Below are positions 13,140 to 26,700 of a stretch of DNA of 64,000 nucleotides, piece after piece. The position numbers and the translations under genes are program-made. Within the stretch, counting starts at the first letter, position 1. Each line of letters begins with the position of its first letter. Below the pieces are notes generated by a model. It was not told the origin of the DNA and did no database searches. It saw only the letters and a program-made list of their open reading frames with translations. Source of the stretch: Albugo candida (taxonomy: Eukaryota); the NCBI GenBank assembly GCA_040437565.1, contig JBDOQK010000001.1:1-64000 (forward strand). The letters run 5' to 3'.

Positions 13140-15329
13140 ATGCCGAGCACCAAGTTGTGCATTCTGATGCTTACGGTTCTGATGCTGATCAGAGGGATGT
13201 CGCACACTAACTATAAACAGCAATTATCAGGAATTTTTAACGTGACAAGTACGGCTCGAAGACAATTATCATCATGCCATCAGTGCCTTGTTACTTTTTT
13301 CGGGATAAGAAACATTTTTCTGCTAGAAGCTAGTAATGCCTACAGGCTCTACAATGTCAGCGGACGCCTTTATGGTCTTATCAGAGCATTCACTACTCAT
13401 TGCAATAGCGAGTATACATGTTTGATATCAACGACATTAACCAAGGAATACACTCGTAATGTTCAAAGTCGAAGCAATTCTGAGCAGTTGACCACGAAAG
13501 ATACATTACATGGACTCGATGAAGCTCTATATCATCTGGCAAAAAGGATGCTATTTGCAAAAGATGGGGTAAATTCTGCTGGGTGGACAACAGCTCCAAA
13601 ATATTGGAGATATGAGAATCCAGCATTGGTCCACAGACAATTACTGAAAATTCCCGTTTTTTTTTTCGGAGAATATCCAAGACGCAACAATAAACAAGAC
13701 GTCGATAGTGTGCCAGAACAGGAAAGACGAGCTCCTTCGATTTCGGTTCAAGCTCCACTAGTATCATCAGATGTCATAAACGGCAACATCCTGAGTACGC
13801 AAAAGGGTCAAAATGATGGGTCAACGCTCAAATGTATGATCATTCATACTTTTCTAGAAGAAGCTGTTTGTCGAGAGTGTTTGGCCATGCACAGTACTTC
13901 GTTAACCGTTCGGGTTTACCTCCTATATCACACCAGCATGATACACTCTGCCGAGCTGTGCGTTTTTCGTAGCATATACGAAGTGTCAAGAATTATTGAA
14001 AGCTGTAAATCATTCTTCTGCTCAGAAATCGTACATTGGGATACGAGCGATTGTGATAGAATGGACAACATTTTTCCAAAGCATTCCCAAATTTATATGG
14101 AGACAAATGAAAAACACAATAAGAGAAAACGAACTCATAAAACATCAGGCCTGGATGAGAACGTGAAAAATTTGAAAGAATTGGGGCATGTGTTAACTCA
14201 TATTGCTTATAAAAGAATGGCAAGGTATGCAGAAAGGCGGAATGGCTTGATGAATGTTTTCCAATCATCTTCTACATTAAAAATACTCCAGCAGGAGAGT
14301 CATGCCTGCATCATTCTCACTTCAACGCGTAATCACAATACTCGATGTATCGGTTGTATTTTGAAAAATGTAATAGGAGCTCGCCTGGTTATCATTTCGT
14401 CCTTCATTGATGCAATGATCCTAACTGATGCTTCTGCACAACTACCAGATTGTCGACACTTATGTAGCCACCGAGAAAGGCTGGAGACAGCTGAATGCCG
14501 GAAATATCTTGATGAACACACGATGAACATAGAAATGCACGAGAAACCATCGAAGCCGTGGTCCCTTCACGAGTATGGTCGCAATTGTCTTGTATCGTAT
14601 CACACATATAATTTGAAGCAGGCATGCGAATCCCTTATGCGGAATCTTTATACCATTGCTTCGAAAGAACCTAAGATACATACGATCACAGAAACCTCTT
14701 TTTTGGTATACACTTCAGAACTTGGTCCAATGAATATCGCCGTGGCGCTCTCAAAATATGGAGAGTTTACGATAGAGCACTCGAAGAGAAGCAGGACGTG
14801 TTCCAGGATTCAAAAGGTTCCTCTTGAGTTCTGTTTCGAGCACGAAGCATTTGATTGGACAGTTAGCAGACAATCAGCTCACCCAAGTGCCATCAACATG
14901 TTTACGACAAAGCTTATACCAGTGGGTATTTGGCCTCCTAAGAACTATATTAACTCACAGATTGAGAATCGCGAAGTATCTAAAACGAGCTGTTTGCTGC
15001 AACATCCTTTCGCGACCGACATTCAAATCTGGCCCAAATATAATAGCATCGCGTTAGTGGAGTACGAGTGTGTCAAAGCGAAACATCTGAATTGTGTAAC
15101 TTGCCTTCTCCAACACACAGAAGTCTTCTTTGCCTACAATGAGAAATCAGGAAAAAAAGGATATGTCTGGATGAGTCAGGCCCCGTCAGAAATTATCGGA
15201 CGCTGCGTTAATAATGGTATTTGTTCGAGTCTTACTTGTAACTATAATCGAGTTCAACTTAATCGACCTGATGGACTTAGATTATTGACACATGCAGACT
15301 TCAAAGTCAAGAGAAATAGATCTAGCTGA
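13140..15329 (+). CDS. CCG/CHxC-class secreted effector candidate, 729 aa, intronless, with repeated CxxC modules
   Basis: Only long open frame in the window. ATG at 13140 starts a hydrophobic signal peptide (MPSTKLCILMLTVLMLIRGMS). CHQCLVTFFG at residues 46-55 matches the CHxC/CxxCxxxxxG motif of Albugo effectors. Further CRECL, CIGCI and CVTCL motifs follow. Confidence 0.85.
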   Translation: MPSTKLCILMLTVLMLIRGMSHTNYKQQLSGIFNVTSTARRQLSSCHQCLVTFFGIRNIFLLEASNAYRLYNVSGRLYGLIRAFTTHCNSEYTCLISTTLTKEYTRNVQSRSNSEQLTTKDTLHGLDEALYHLAKRMLFAKDGVNSAGWTTAPKYWRYENPALVHRQLLKIPVFFFGEYPRRNNKQDVDSVPEQERRAPSISVQAPLVSSDVINGNILSTQKGQNDGSTLKCMIIHTFLEEAVCRECLAMHSTSLTVRVYLLYHTSMIHSAELCVFRSIYEVSRIIESCKSFFCSEIVHWDTSDCDRMDNIFPKHSQIYMETNEKHNKRKRTHKTSGLDENVKNLKELGHVLTHIAYKRMARYAERRNGLMNVFQSSSTLKILQQESHACIILTSTRNHNTRCIGCILKNVIGARLVIISSFIDAMILTDASAQLPDCRHLCSHRERLETAECRKYLDEHTMNIEMHEKPSKPWSLHEYGRNCLVSYHTYNLKQACESLMRNLYTIASKEPKIHTITETSFLVYTSELGPMNIAVALSKYGEFTIEHSKRSRTCSRIQKVPLEFCFEHEAFDWTVSRQSAHPSAINMFTTKLIPVGIWPPKNYINSQIENREVSKTSCLLQHPFATDIQIWPKYNSIALVEYECVKAKHLNCVTCLLQHTEVFFAYNEKSGKKGYVWMSQAPSEIIGRCVNNGICSSLTCNYNRVQLNRPDGLRLLTHADFKVKRNRSS

Positions 15330-16117
15330 TAGTGAACTGCTGATAATGAAAAATGTTATAGATTTGATTTTATACCGCTTGTTGAATCCTCTACATGTGC
15401 AAAAAACGCTTTCTAGTAATCAGAGTAAGAAATTCTGAGGGTTTTGCTTTGGAAGATGATACCCAGTAGAGCATGGAAGTATTTCTCGCTCAAGATGGTG
15501 TGAAGGGTTTCATCATGTCTTGAACGTGAAAGCATTGCTGCATATTTTTGCAGCCATAAGGTGTCGCACATCCGACCATAGCAATTATGGGATAAAATCA
15601 ACGTATCCTAGATTTTAATAAGGTAACGTCTAAAAGAATGCTTTAACTGATTAGACTTATGACGTAGCGCATGCTCACAACTTTTATATACAGCCATGTG
15701 GTTATAGTCTGATCAATGCATAAAAGAGCAATCTATTGAAGGTTTGGATGTATCAAGGGAGAATCAAGTTGCGTAAAAATTATAATGGACAGAAAGCTAT
15801 TCTATAAAATAATATAGACTGTTCCTGACATTCTGATCACCGAGCGGATATAGATTAGAATGATTTGAAGAAATTATCGAAACTCAAGGTCTATTAGTCG
15901 TATAACATATGAGGGTTTTATATATATCAGTACAGCATGACACGACTTGATATCAGCGATATGTTCAACAAAATTAGCGATGATATAAGATAGCCAAGCA
16001 TATCTGTGCCATACTGAGAAACCTATTCAAGAAATATGTAACAAATAAAGCAAATTCAAATGCATGAAATGCTTCCTAAGGTGCACAGAAAGCATTGAAT
16101 CAATCGATGTATCATCT

Positions 16118-16557
16118 ATTTGTGCTCCAACATTTAATTTTGTCTGTGACATATTCTCCCGAGTCACCTTTTGATGTACATTAATGGTACTTTTCCGATT
16201 ATGACTGCTAGACGAAATTTGAAATGGTAGGAAAGAATTCGTCACTAAGAAATATACAGTCTCCAGCATTCGGTATATCTCCCGACGNNNNNNNNNNNNN
16301 NNNNNNNNNNNNNNNNNNNNNNNNNNNNNNNNNNNNNNNNNNNNNNNNNNNNNNNNNNNNNNNNNNNNNNNNNNNNNNNNNNNNNNNATTTGTGCTCCAA
16401 CATTTAATTTTGTCTGTGACATATTCTCCCGAGTCACCTTTTGATGTACATTAATGGTACTTTTCCGATTATGACTGCTAGACGAAATTTGAAATGGTAG
16501 GAAAGAATTCGTCACTAAGAAATATACAGTCTCCAGCATTCGGTATATCTCCCGACG
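16118..16557. repeat. 170-bp exact duplication flanking an N gap (contig-overlap artefact)
   Basis: 16118-16287 is identical to 16388-16557 on either side of a 100-N gap. Confidence 0.85.
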
Positions 16558-19500
16558 GTTTCTTCTCTTCGAAAAATACCGAAGGCGTTTTCGGATTGGT
16601 ACATTTTCGACTGAATCTCTGCTTAGAATTATATATATTGAGATACAATTCATTTTTGGATTTGAAGCGTACAATTATAAAATATCTCCAATATGCTGAA
16701 GTGCTCACATGCATACGATTTTTCAATGCCAATCAAGCTTATTGATCATAAATGCTCCTTTATACATTGAATCTGCTTAATTGACATTTTAAAAGCTTCT
16801 GCTCCAAGCGTGTGTATATCGGAATGTACTAATCAATCGAATTGATTACTGATGTCTCCATGTCACTACCCTAAAGTCGAGTTACCGTCGTCATGGTTTC
16901 GAAAGCTTCATACATTTCCGTTGCCGGATGTTTTCTTCTCCCATGATCTATCGGCGTCAGAAACTTACATCAACCATAAACAGTACATCAAATATTTCGT
17001 GATATTGGCCAATACCTTCGACCTTCATACTAAGTGTTCGTATTGCGGAAAAGTGAGAAGCTTCCTGCTCCACCCTTTATAGTTACTAACCATTGCGGAT
17101 AAGTCAATGTTATTTGGCATAAACGATTATGACCAGCATGTTGTTGAGTACAATTTTTCTCTGTTCTGAAGCAGCATCACGTACTTACGCTGTCTCCTCC
17201 GCAAGCTTCTGCTTAGTGGTTTGCGTGATATCGGGTGACGAGAAATCAAGCCCCAATATTGTCTCGCGCAAACCTTGCTCTATGATGAAGCCTATCCGGA
17301 AGCACTGGCATTGCGAGTGAAATAGCCCAGCAGTGATATCTTGATTGCCTGGAGCATTCACTGAGATAAATACCTGTGCTCAGGAGGAGAAGTGTATGTT
17401 TTGCCTGACTACGTTGAATGTGAAAAAATGAGACTTCTTCTCTTGGTCGGACCTGACCGTCCACACCATCTTTGCTTCTTACGTGTGAGGCGGCTTTAAT
17501 CCAAGAGCCGCAAGATCTAATCCATACGGTAACCACCGACGAGAGACTAGTATAAAGCAAATATTGAAAAGAGTTCTTACATGTAAATATACCTGCATCA
17601 ACACATCTTCAAGCCTTAAACATTCACCACCGATAAAGATTGATGTCAAAGACATAATGTTACTTAGATCGTGCTACATGCCATTCAAAGTAAGCTGAAC
17701 GGTTTTTGTTGCTTATTTCTATGTACGACTTTTGTTACAAGTATTGAGCATTGCTGTGTTCTTTATTGGTAAGTACTAATAAAACTTCGGAATGAGACCA
17801 TTCCGTCTAAATTACATACTATCACCGACCTGACATAAGCAAGAAAGAATCGTTGTAGAAGCCAAGAAAAATATTCGAGATAAATTGAATGAGAATACCA
17901 ACAAGGAGAAGATGATGAGAAGAACCTTGTAAAGCTTATTGAGCCCACCTCATCATCCTGAAAAATACCTGATATCATTTTCTGGTTTAAAGCATCAGCT
18001 AAAGATCATCAAGACATCCAGTTTTAAAAATTCGATGGCAGAGTCTCGAAAACGCGCGGAGGTGATTCTAAATAACAGGTACCAAAATCATTCATTTGAA
18101 AAATTGAAAAAAGGCGAACGATAAGTTCAATTTGATATCGATGTCAGGAATGTCAGGAATGTCAGGAACATGAGCAAAAAAGCATCATCCTTCAGTAAGT
18201 ATCAGAACGTCCATAACTAATGACCAATACGTCCACGCAGCTGAAAAGCAAGATGTAAAAGTTTTTGTAGATGGCTTGTGATTATTTTCGTCGCTGTTGC
18301 GTGGACAACCTCATAAAAAAGCGATATAGTTAATGGCTGAGGACGTTGAACATTTTTTTAGAAATGGGAACACCCAGGATAGGCTATCTTTGTGCGGTGC
18401 AGTCAAATCATGTGCAAAGACCTTTACCTTCCAACTGAACAGGTCTCGATTTTCAATTGGCGTAAAAGAAAGGCGCTTTCAATTTGCAGAAGTGTCAACA
18501 GCAGGATATTGCTTGCGAATCGGGAATGAGACTTCGAAATTATATCCTGTATCCGCGTCATATGGATTCCTGTATGGGTACAATTTCCATTCTCTCACTT
18601 TTGAATATCACTTAGCGATGATAACCTTGTTGGTATCAGGATTACCGTTTCCTTAAACACAGTGCAGTCCGAGAAGAAGACATAATTAGTCATAAGCATA
18701 ATAGAACTAACTGAGCTTCTTGCAAGCTGACAGTCGGATGAACGGTTCGATGATTCCAGATACAATCTCGACAATAAATGTTCTTTTTGAGATTTTGGTT
18801 AAACCTTCTACATCATTCGTGTTGAAACAATTCGTTACCCCAATAAAGCCACGACACTTCCATGCTTTGCTCTTCTAGGGATGTGAAGAAATTACGACAG
18901 TCGGCTTTCTTTGAGCTCTCGAGTTACTATTTACTTTATGGTAAGGAGGGAAAAACATACTGCTCACCTGTTATACGTCAATCAATTTCTGGTTCTCATT
19001 CCAATCATCTTTATTGGCTTCAGCGTGTTGTTCAAGAGATGGCAAAAAAAAATCTGACGACACTGTTATATGTATTTGGTACTCCTGCGCTTACCCAGTA
19101 GCATAACTTCCAGCCAGCCAGAATCAATCATTCTCAAGACATCCTTTTAGCCCGGCTAAGTCAATCAGTTCTGTTTGTTAGATCTTCCAGACTCTTTTTG
19201 ATGATAGTAGCCCATAACGGTTCTGATCATGATTATTGCCACGATGTAATTTGCATGGTTTTGAAATTTGTGTGTGCATACTCTTCTTGTTGTTTTTTTT
19301 GTATTGTTTTGATAAAAATTCAGTAATTTGAGGTGGCTGGCTAAATCAATCTCGGCACTCAGATACGGGTCAGAAAACCTATAGTCTTTGAAGTAAGTGG
19401 TCGTCAACGCTTGTGCTATTATAATTTCCAAGAAAAAAAGTATTCTATGGTGGTGTCACATATATAGTCCGACAAGGTTCCTATACAAGCAAAAATACAG

Positions 19501-22479
19501 CCTCACCTTTGTACAAATAAAAAGCTACCTAAGACATCTATTTGACAAGCTGGTTTTCGTCGCTCATAAATAGATATTGAAACTTTCTGCGCTATAGCTA
19601 AAGATCTAAAGTAATAGAATAACATAAGTAATGAAAATGAATGGAGATGATGCGTTCGAAACTTGAATATACCAAATTCATTACCAGCTTGATTACCCAA
19701 CAGTTCGTACCGTTTCACCAATTGTAACATATTTCGGTAGGACGAATGGCTTGTAGAACAGAGTTCTACACTTCAGTTGTGTGGTAGAATTAGGATAATG
19801 TCACAGAAAAGAACAGCGATGCTTGAGAAAAATTTCGATTAATATTAAGGTATCTGTGATGATCAAGCTCTATGCGCCCTATTTGTGGTTAGATGCTGTA
19901 ATAGTAGTATTTCCATGGGTTGTAACACAATCGAGAAGACCTCAGCAGTTACGCACATATAATGAGGTGATAAACGAATTTGCAATAATGACCGATCATA
20001 CATATTTATACCAGAAGCAAAAGTGTAAGGTTTCTAATCCTGATAGTACATTGCCAGAATATAGATTTAAACCAGTTCCATTGAAATTTAGAAAACGTTT
20101 GGGTCGTTTTAATGCCCAATATGTAGTCGAGTTTGATATTGTGCGTTAGAAGCTCAAAAAATGCGTCAATTCTGGCAAGTCCTATGTTCGGAACTGGTTG
20201 ACCTGCTAGCTTCGCTGCTATGTTTTTTCAACTGTGGAAATCCATTTTACGTGCTCTTTTATGAGTAACCATGTGGTATACATTTTTTTTTCTTTGACGT
20301 CATCGAAACGTGTAGTAAAGTATAAAATATTTCTGCAGCAAATCACCAAAAAAACGTAAGAAAAGGTCGTAACTTATCCAGGGAAGTTGACCTTATAGCT
20401 CAAGTTATAAACATTGACATGAAGGTCTAGACATTGGAATGATTGCATTGTAGTATGTGATTTATATATGGAAAGCTGTACAGAGTCAGGTTTCCTGGCA
20501 GGCAATGTATCCTAACGCTGACAAGATACATCTATACGATACCCACCACCGCATAAGGAAAGCAAAATTTGTGAAGAATTTTGTTATTTTTGTTATCAGC
20601 AATACGGTAATGATAAACAAACGAAAAATGACATATGGAGATACGTCAACAAAACAGACCCCGAGCTTAGCACAACATAGTGCACAAGCAGCAACCTTTC
20701 AAATTTTTACTGAAGTTTTTTATGGTATCATAAAAATGCAATAAAAATCTGGTTTCAAGTTGTTAAATATATACCGTTCATAATGCTGTTCCTCGGACAA
20801 TCTGGTCCAAGGCGATGCGTGCATCCCTCATGTGCGTCGGCTGGTACAATTTTGTACCAACCCAGACCAAATCATCCGGGCAGCATTAGATCATCCCATC
20901 ACCATGCATGGGGTGCTTATTTCATGCATGGAGTCGAATNNNNNNNNNNNNNNNNNNNNNNNNNNNNNNNNNNNNNNNNNNNNNNNNNNNNNNNNNNNNN
21001 NNNNNNNNNNNNNNNNNNNNNNNNNNNNNNNNNNNNNNNCACGGTACTTTTGGACCATTTTTTCACAACTTTTACAACTTTCAACATTTATCCGTTACAC
21101 GGTGATACACTCTCGTACTGTAGTGGTGAACGCTACCGCTGCAAGACTAGCAACGAGGGACATATTATCATCTGTCACAGGTATTTCACGAAACGTTTTT
21201 TATATGTATATATGTTATTTACGATAGCCTAGGCAATTAGAGAAGTCAGTTAGTCTAATTCTAGTAATATAGACACCTTCAACTGAGGAGGTTACGTCAA
21301 TCTAGAGGAACTGTCTGGAGAGATTCTCTTGTCGATGGAGTGTTAGAGTCGAGACTGATGAAAATGGATAAATTCGAGACCTCGATATGGAAAAAGAAGC
21401 ACCACAGTAACGATAAACATGAACAATGTGGTCGTTCGTAGGTGGGGTGAGTATTGTCTATGAAGTATCAAGACGAGGTCTAATCAGTTAACTGGGCTGA
21501 GTGTAGACTGTCAGTAATGCATCTTCTATGTTGAAAGGAGGGTGAGTGTCAGGATACGAGCTGCTAAACGAGAAGGCAACTTCCATGACATTGAAGGAGC
21601 ACCAANNNNNNNNNNNNNNNNNNNNNNNNNNNNNNNNNNNNNNNNNNNNNNNNNNNNNNNNNNNNNNNNNNNNNNNNNNNNNNNNNNNNNNNNNNNNNNN
21701 NNNNNGGTTTGCGTCCTTTTATAGAGCTTATTGCTCGTTTAAGCCAATCTTAACATTGTAAAACCGCTTCTTAGATAAGTATAATCTCTCTAGCCAATCA
21801 GAACTCGTAATCATACTTTAAGGGTGCTGTATTTAAGGGTGAGGGCTGGTTAGCAAAAACTGCGGGCTGGTCAGCGGTTCCCTTAAAAAATGCGGCACTT
21901 CGTTGATCACATCACCACAGCAAAGAAGATATGAAGGAGTCATCCATGATTCACGGTCTGCTTCCACACACATAGCAGCCCGATACAGTGAACGTTTGAT
22001 GCTCGGACATCAAATGGTGCTTGAACAAGGGATGCACGAGATCAGGTATCAAATAAAAAAATACGTTCATCGCAACCACTGCAATGCTCTTGGCTGACTG
22101 TGCTTGCAACTAATCGCAACCAGGACATGTGCTTGTGTGACTACTTCACACTATTCTCTGATATTCATAGATCATGACATCGCTCGGTGAATCGAGTGTG
22201 ACATTCCCGTCACCTCTAGTTATGATGCACGCGTCTTTACCGACATTGATGCGGACTAAGCTCTGGAAAACCATAACAGGCTTAAATTTAAACGCTTTAT
22301 ATATCAGCGATTTGCAGACTTTGAAGCGCAGAGGATCTCCAGCCGATAAAAAATCTGGAAAGTATGAGTGATTTAGTTGTTATAGCAGGTCGCGTTCAAC
22401 GTTCGGATCGTTACGACTCTAAAAGTGTTTGCAGAACGCTCCTTAGCGTATGCCATTGACCACCGCACATATTGATATC

Positions 22480-23757
22480 TATTTTGACTTCAGGACCGGG
22501 GGTGAAGAACGAACGCCAGGTTAAGACGTAAGCTTCCCAGAGAGATTGATTCATCGGTCCTAAAGCGCCACGATTTGGGAGAGCAAGCTTGCAATGGATT
22601 GAGGGGTAGAAGAACGTTGCGGCTCATCGAGTTCGGTGCGGGTTGAAAAACGAGCGAGATTTGAGATCGATATCTGGGATGGAAATCGACTTGATCACAT
22701 TGTAGGGACTGCGCTCGACGTAATGGATGTCAGGCTGTAGTACGAAGGTAGAGCGTGTGTACTAGTGTGAAGAATCTCAAGGCGGAAACGAGTCTTACTA
22801 GCTAATCGAACAGTGAAGATTTTCATATCGCAGCGTGAAATTTCATAGGTATTGGCCGTAAAGAGCAATATCATAGGAACGCTAGAAAAAGATTAGAAGC
22901 ATGACAAAGTGTTCGTGTTAGATACTTTCAGATATTTTAATTTAATAGACTTGAAATTTTTTATCGACATCAAGAGTCTCGACTCGAGCGAAGCGCTTCT
23001 GATTCTTATCAATTATGTCATTGGGGTTGACAGTTGTTGTGAGATAAATTCGGTCAGATAAAAAATTGCGGATTCAATCGGATTGCTTTGAAGCTTTTTT
23101 CGCATTTTATGAGAATCTATCTCAACGTTCACTTCATTTTTTGGTGCAAGTAGTTCCGTGTTCTTGATGATAGAATTTTGTAAGTCAATATAAAATGTTT
23201 TTCCTTCCAGAACTTTAGTAAAGTAGTCAATGACTCTCGGAGAAAAATGATCGGTCTTGGTGTCTTTGGGATTAGAAGATTCGGGAATAAAGGATCTGAG
23301 ATTGGATTTTCGGGATCAACGGTTTTGGGACTGGAATTGAAAGTATTGTACAGTTCATTCCAGGCGGTGTGGGAATAAGAAACACAACCAGATAGGAAGG
23401 AAATCCATCATTGAGAAGGTGTGATGCCTTATCACTCAGAAGTACCTGTATAGAATGTGGTTCGACTTGCAAAAATTCAACTTTTTTCCAAAATTCCGAG
23501 GCCTCAGAATCCTTTTTAAAAAAAGATCTACTTGGTCCAAGATGAGGCGATCGTATGCCTACTTATATTTCATAATGGCCTCGAGTAGCTCGTTTGTATT
23601 CTCCACGCACTTGACTGCCTATGAATTGGGAACCGTACCTTGTTTTAGCTTCAGAGGTTTGATCATGAGTGGTAGTCGTCCGATCTTTTTTTCTTTTGTA
23701 TGCATTCTAGCCGCGCCGATGTCAAGTAAGACAACCAGATACAATAGTGTCATCATG
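22480..23757 (-). pseudogene. Decayed secreted-protein gene of unknown family
   Basis: MMTLLYLVVLLDIGAA signal-peptide-like start, followed by coding-like stretches (e.g. FSPRVIDYFTKVLEGKTFYIDLQNSII) broken by many stops. The 3' boundary is approximate. Confidence 0.35.
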
Positions 23758-26700
23758 TAACAAGTATGTGTGTGTGTTGCTGAGCGCAATTGATAAAATT
23801 CAAAAACGATCATTAGTTGGCAGCGCATGAGTCTATTATGAAACCACAAATAGGACTTTGCCGGAAGTACCACTTTGTGCTAAACTAAATGCAACATGAG
23901 CCAAGAAATAGGCTGCAACACTTTGCGTGGCCAGCGCATCAGATTGTCTCATGTCCTTTCTCATAAATCCGAATATCGCATCGATGATGGATTCATAATG
24001 ATATTATAGTAGTATTGTCCTAAGTTCCAATCGTCATGGCGACTAGCTCAAGTATTTTGAGGTCGCCAAGTGCAGAAGCATAATCACGATCAGACTACAA
24101 TGTTGCAATGATGTGTAGAATTCATTGCATGTCTGAAATACGCACTTCTATATATTTTATCATTTTTGCTTGTGTTTGCTTACCTGCTGATTTGTTATCG
24201 CTCCCTACCATTTGAATTCTTGCAAAATATAAATCAATCTTTGACTTAATTCATCTAACGAGTATTAAAACAAGCCTGAACCGTTAGTTTAGTCTGAAAG
24301 ATGTCACTTAGCTTTGCAGAAGAAATATGCAATTCCAGAAGACAAGTGAAGGAACAGTCATACTTGTTCCTCAAAGACCGAGTCTGTTTTGCATTTATTA
24401 TCGGTGTAAGGAGCGGTGTCGTGAATGCACGGATTGTCACACGATCTGTCTTCACTGAGACATTGCTTGCCCAGACTTGATTTTGGTAATGTTTGCAAAC
24501 TCAAATCAGCTTGATTACAAAAGCCCCGTTTGGAATACAACAAAACAGGAGCACATGTTTTCTCCCATAAGGCGTCGACTCTAAGCCAGATCATCAATTG
24601 CGATCATGCGTGCAGCCTACCGTTTTTAGCTCTGACTTGAGTCTGCAGCAAAAATCAGCAAAAGCCTCAAATCGGGCTGAGTGGCCCGTGTCATGGATCA
24701 TACGGTCACTTCGCGTTGATATGCCATCGAACCGACTCTGAATTGGTGTTAAGTGATCACAAAGCACATCGTGGTTGTGATCACTATCCGAGCATCCCGT
24801 GTTGGTTTTGTTTGTAAACTCGTTTTTAAACAATGTACCCATATGCACAACGTGAAGAGGTACCATATTACAACGCAAATCCCATTCGACCAAATTCATA
24901 TCTCGTGAAGATTGCCACTCTACAAAACTCGTTCTTGTTCACAATTCGACGAAGCGGGATAGGATAAAATCAAATAATCAAAATGGTGCAAAATTGACCT
25001 AGGATCTGTAACGAAGCAGCTAGGGACCACCAAGCCACGCTGTTAAGCGGAAACGATCGGAAGTGGACTTAATCGTCCGTGATTCGGATCCATATCTTGA
25101 AAATATGTGAAAGAGCCCCGCACTGAATCGTCACATACGTTGCCAACTGCGGATGATTTATTTAGCATCAATTTGCTGGGATTGGTAAACATGACACATT
25201 TTACCTAGAAAACCGGAACATTCCTGCACAGGTCTCGAATAATTATTGTGTGGATCGGGTTGAGATTCCTTGATAATCTGCTGCGAGAAAGTAAACAATC
25301 AATAAGGTAGAACGTCTGACATGTTGATAACCAGTGTTTTAGAAACATGCGTACATTTTCTCAGTTATCATCACGATTGCATGCAGTCGTTGCAATTCAC
25401 CACTGACTTGCCGTTTATTGCACCAGTTGGCTTGGTGATCGTACAAAAAACACTCGTCGGCTCGCTGCGCTGACTTGATACAGCGAAACGCGGCTTACCC
25501 TCTTTCTTCATAAATTCCGACCATATTGCGTATATTCGATATGGTCTCTGTCAGATTGATAATTCGTTGCGTTTATCGATTTAACGGTGTCGAAAATTGT
25601 ATCTTGGATAGAAGGTGTAAAAGGTTCAGTAAAGGCGGCAGGATCTAATATAAACGCGATCTATTCTCCAGTAAAGATGATCGATTGATCGCTGGAGGGG
25701 TCATGCCATAAGCTACTTCTTGTGGAAAAGCTTTCAGGCCTCCTTTTGAAAAACTTGGTGTGCCCGAAAATGGCGACTGCTCCATTACATCGATCCTCGC
25801 AAACCCTTTATTCGGTGCCTCAAGTGCTCTAATATTCTTGCACATGAGATAAACGGACATTATTGTACGTCTCATCCAAGCCATTCACGACTGTATAATC
25901 TAGAAAGTGCAGTACAGAATTGATCATCGTTTCTGGGTCCCTTCGTTTCAGTAGAATTCTATATTCAATAAAGATAGACGCAGCGAATTTCAAGTGCCGT
26001 GATGATTGCCAGCAAAGCAAAAGCAGAGTACGGGATTTTCTCAGCTCGTCATGTTATCAAGGTACGGAGACATCGTGAATACAGTACATTCAAGCAGGAG
26101 TCTATCATTCACATCGCGACCATTTTGAATATCACCTTCCGATTGATGCAACAAACAAGCTTTATGGCGAATGAAAAATCGTAAATCAGCGACTACACGG
26201 CGAGACAGCTGACTTGTGAGGGCTTTTCTTACGAGAATGCAAATGGTTGCCGAACGAAACGCAAAACTAAAAGTGAATGATGACTGCTCAGCGTCGAATT
26301 GCTCATACCCTTTTCGATTTAGTGCTTCAAATTCTCTTTTGCAATCAATGAAATCCGTCTAACATCGGATACCTAAAGAATTGATCAGAGAGTGAGGGTT
26401 GATTGAAACGTAGCTTCTTCAATTGCTTGCTAGACATCTCTTAAATAATGATGCATCTTAAAAGAAGATCTTTTTGCACAAAGATGGTGAAAAGGTTTGG
26501 GTAGTGGAGAGCTAGCGAGGATAAGATAATTTAGAGGCATCATAAATCTTGTTATTATACTTCTGTATTATAACAATGCTCCTAACAAGATCCAACTGAA
26601 GCAAGGACAAAAATACGTGATTTATTGTACTTGTTATAAGAACAGCAAGGATAGAGAGACAAGCTTTCATATTACTTATCATCAACAGCGCAATGTCGCG

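Noticed and set aside
16027-16674. 215-aa ORF with an apparent internal tandem repeat
   Set aside because: The repeat is an exact 170-bp contig overlap across an N gap, so the ORF is an artefact.
18141-18168. (ATGTCAGGA)x3; also the 12-bp x3 QYLR repeat near 30784-30818
   Set aside because: Ordinary slippage duplications with no sign of function.
21706-21910. Possible solo LTR next to a gap
   Set aside because: No second copy, TSD or PBS is visible, and the gap truncates it.
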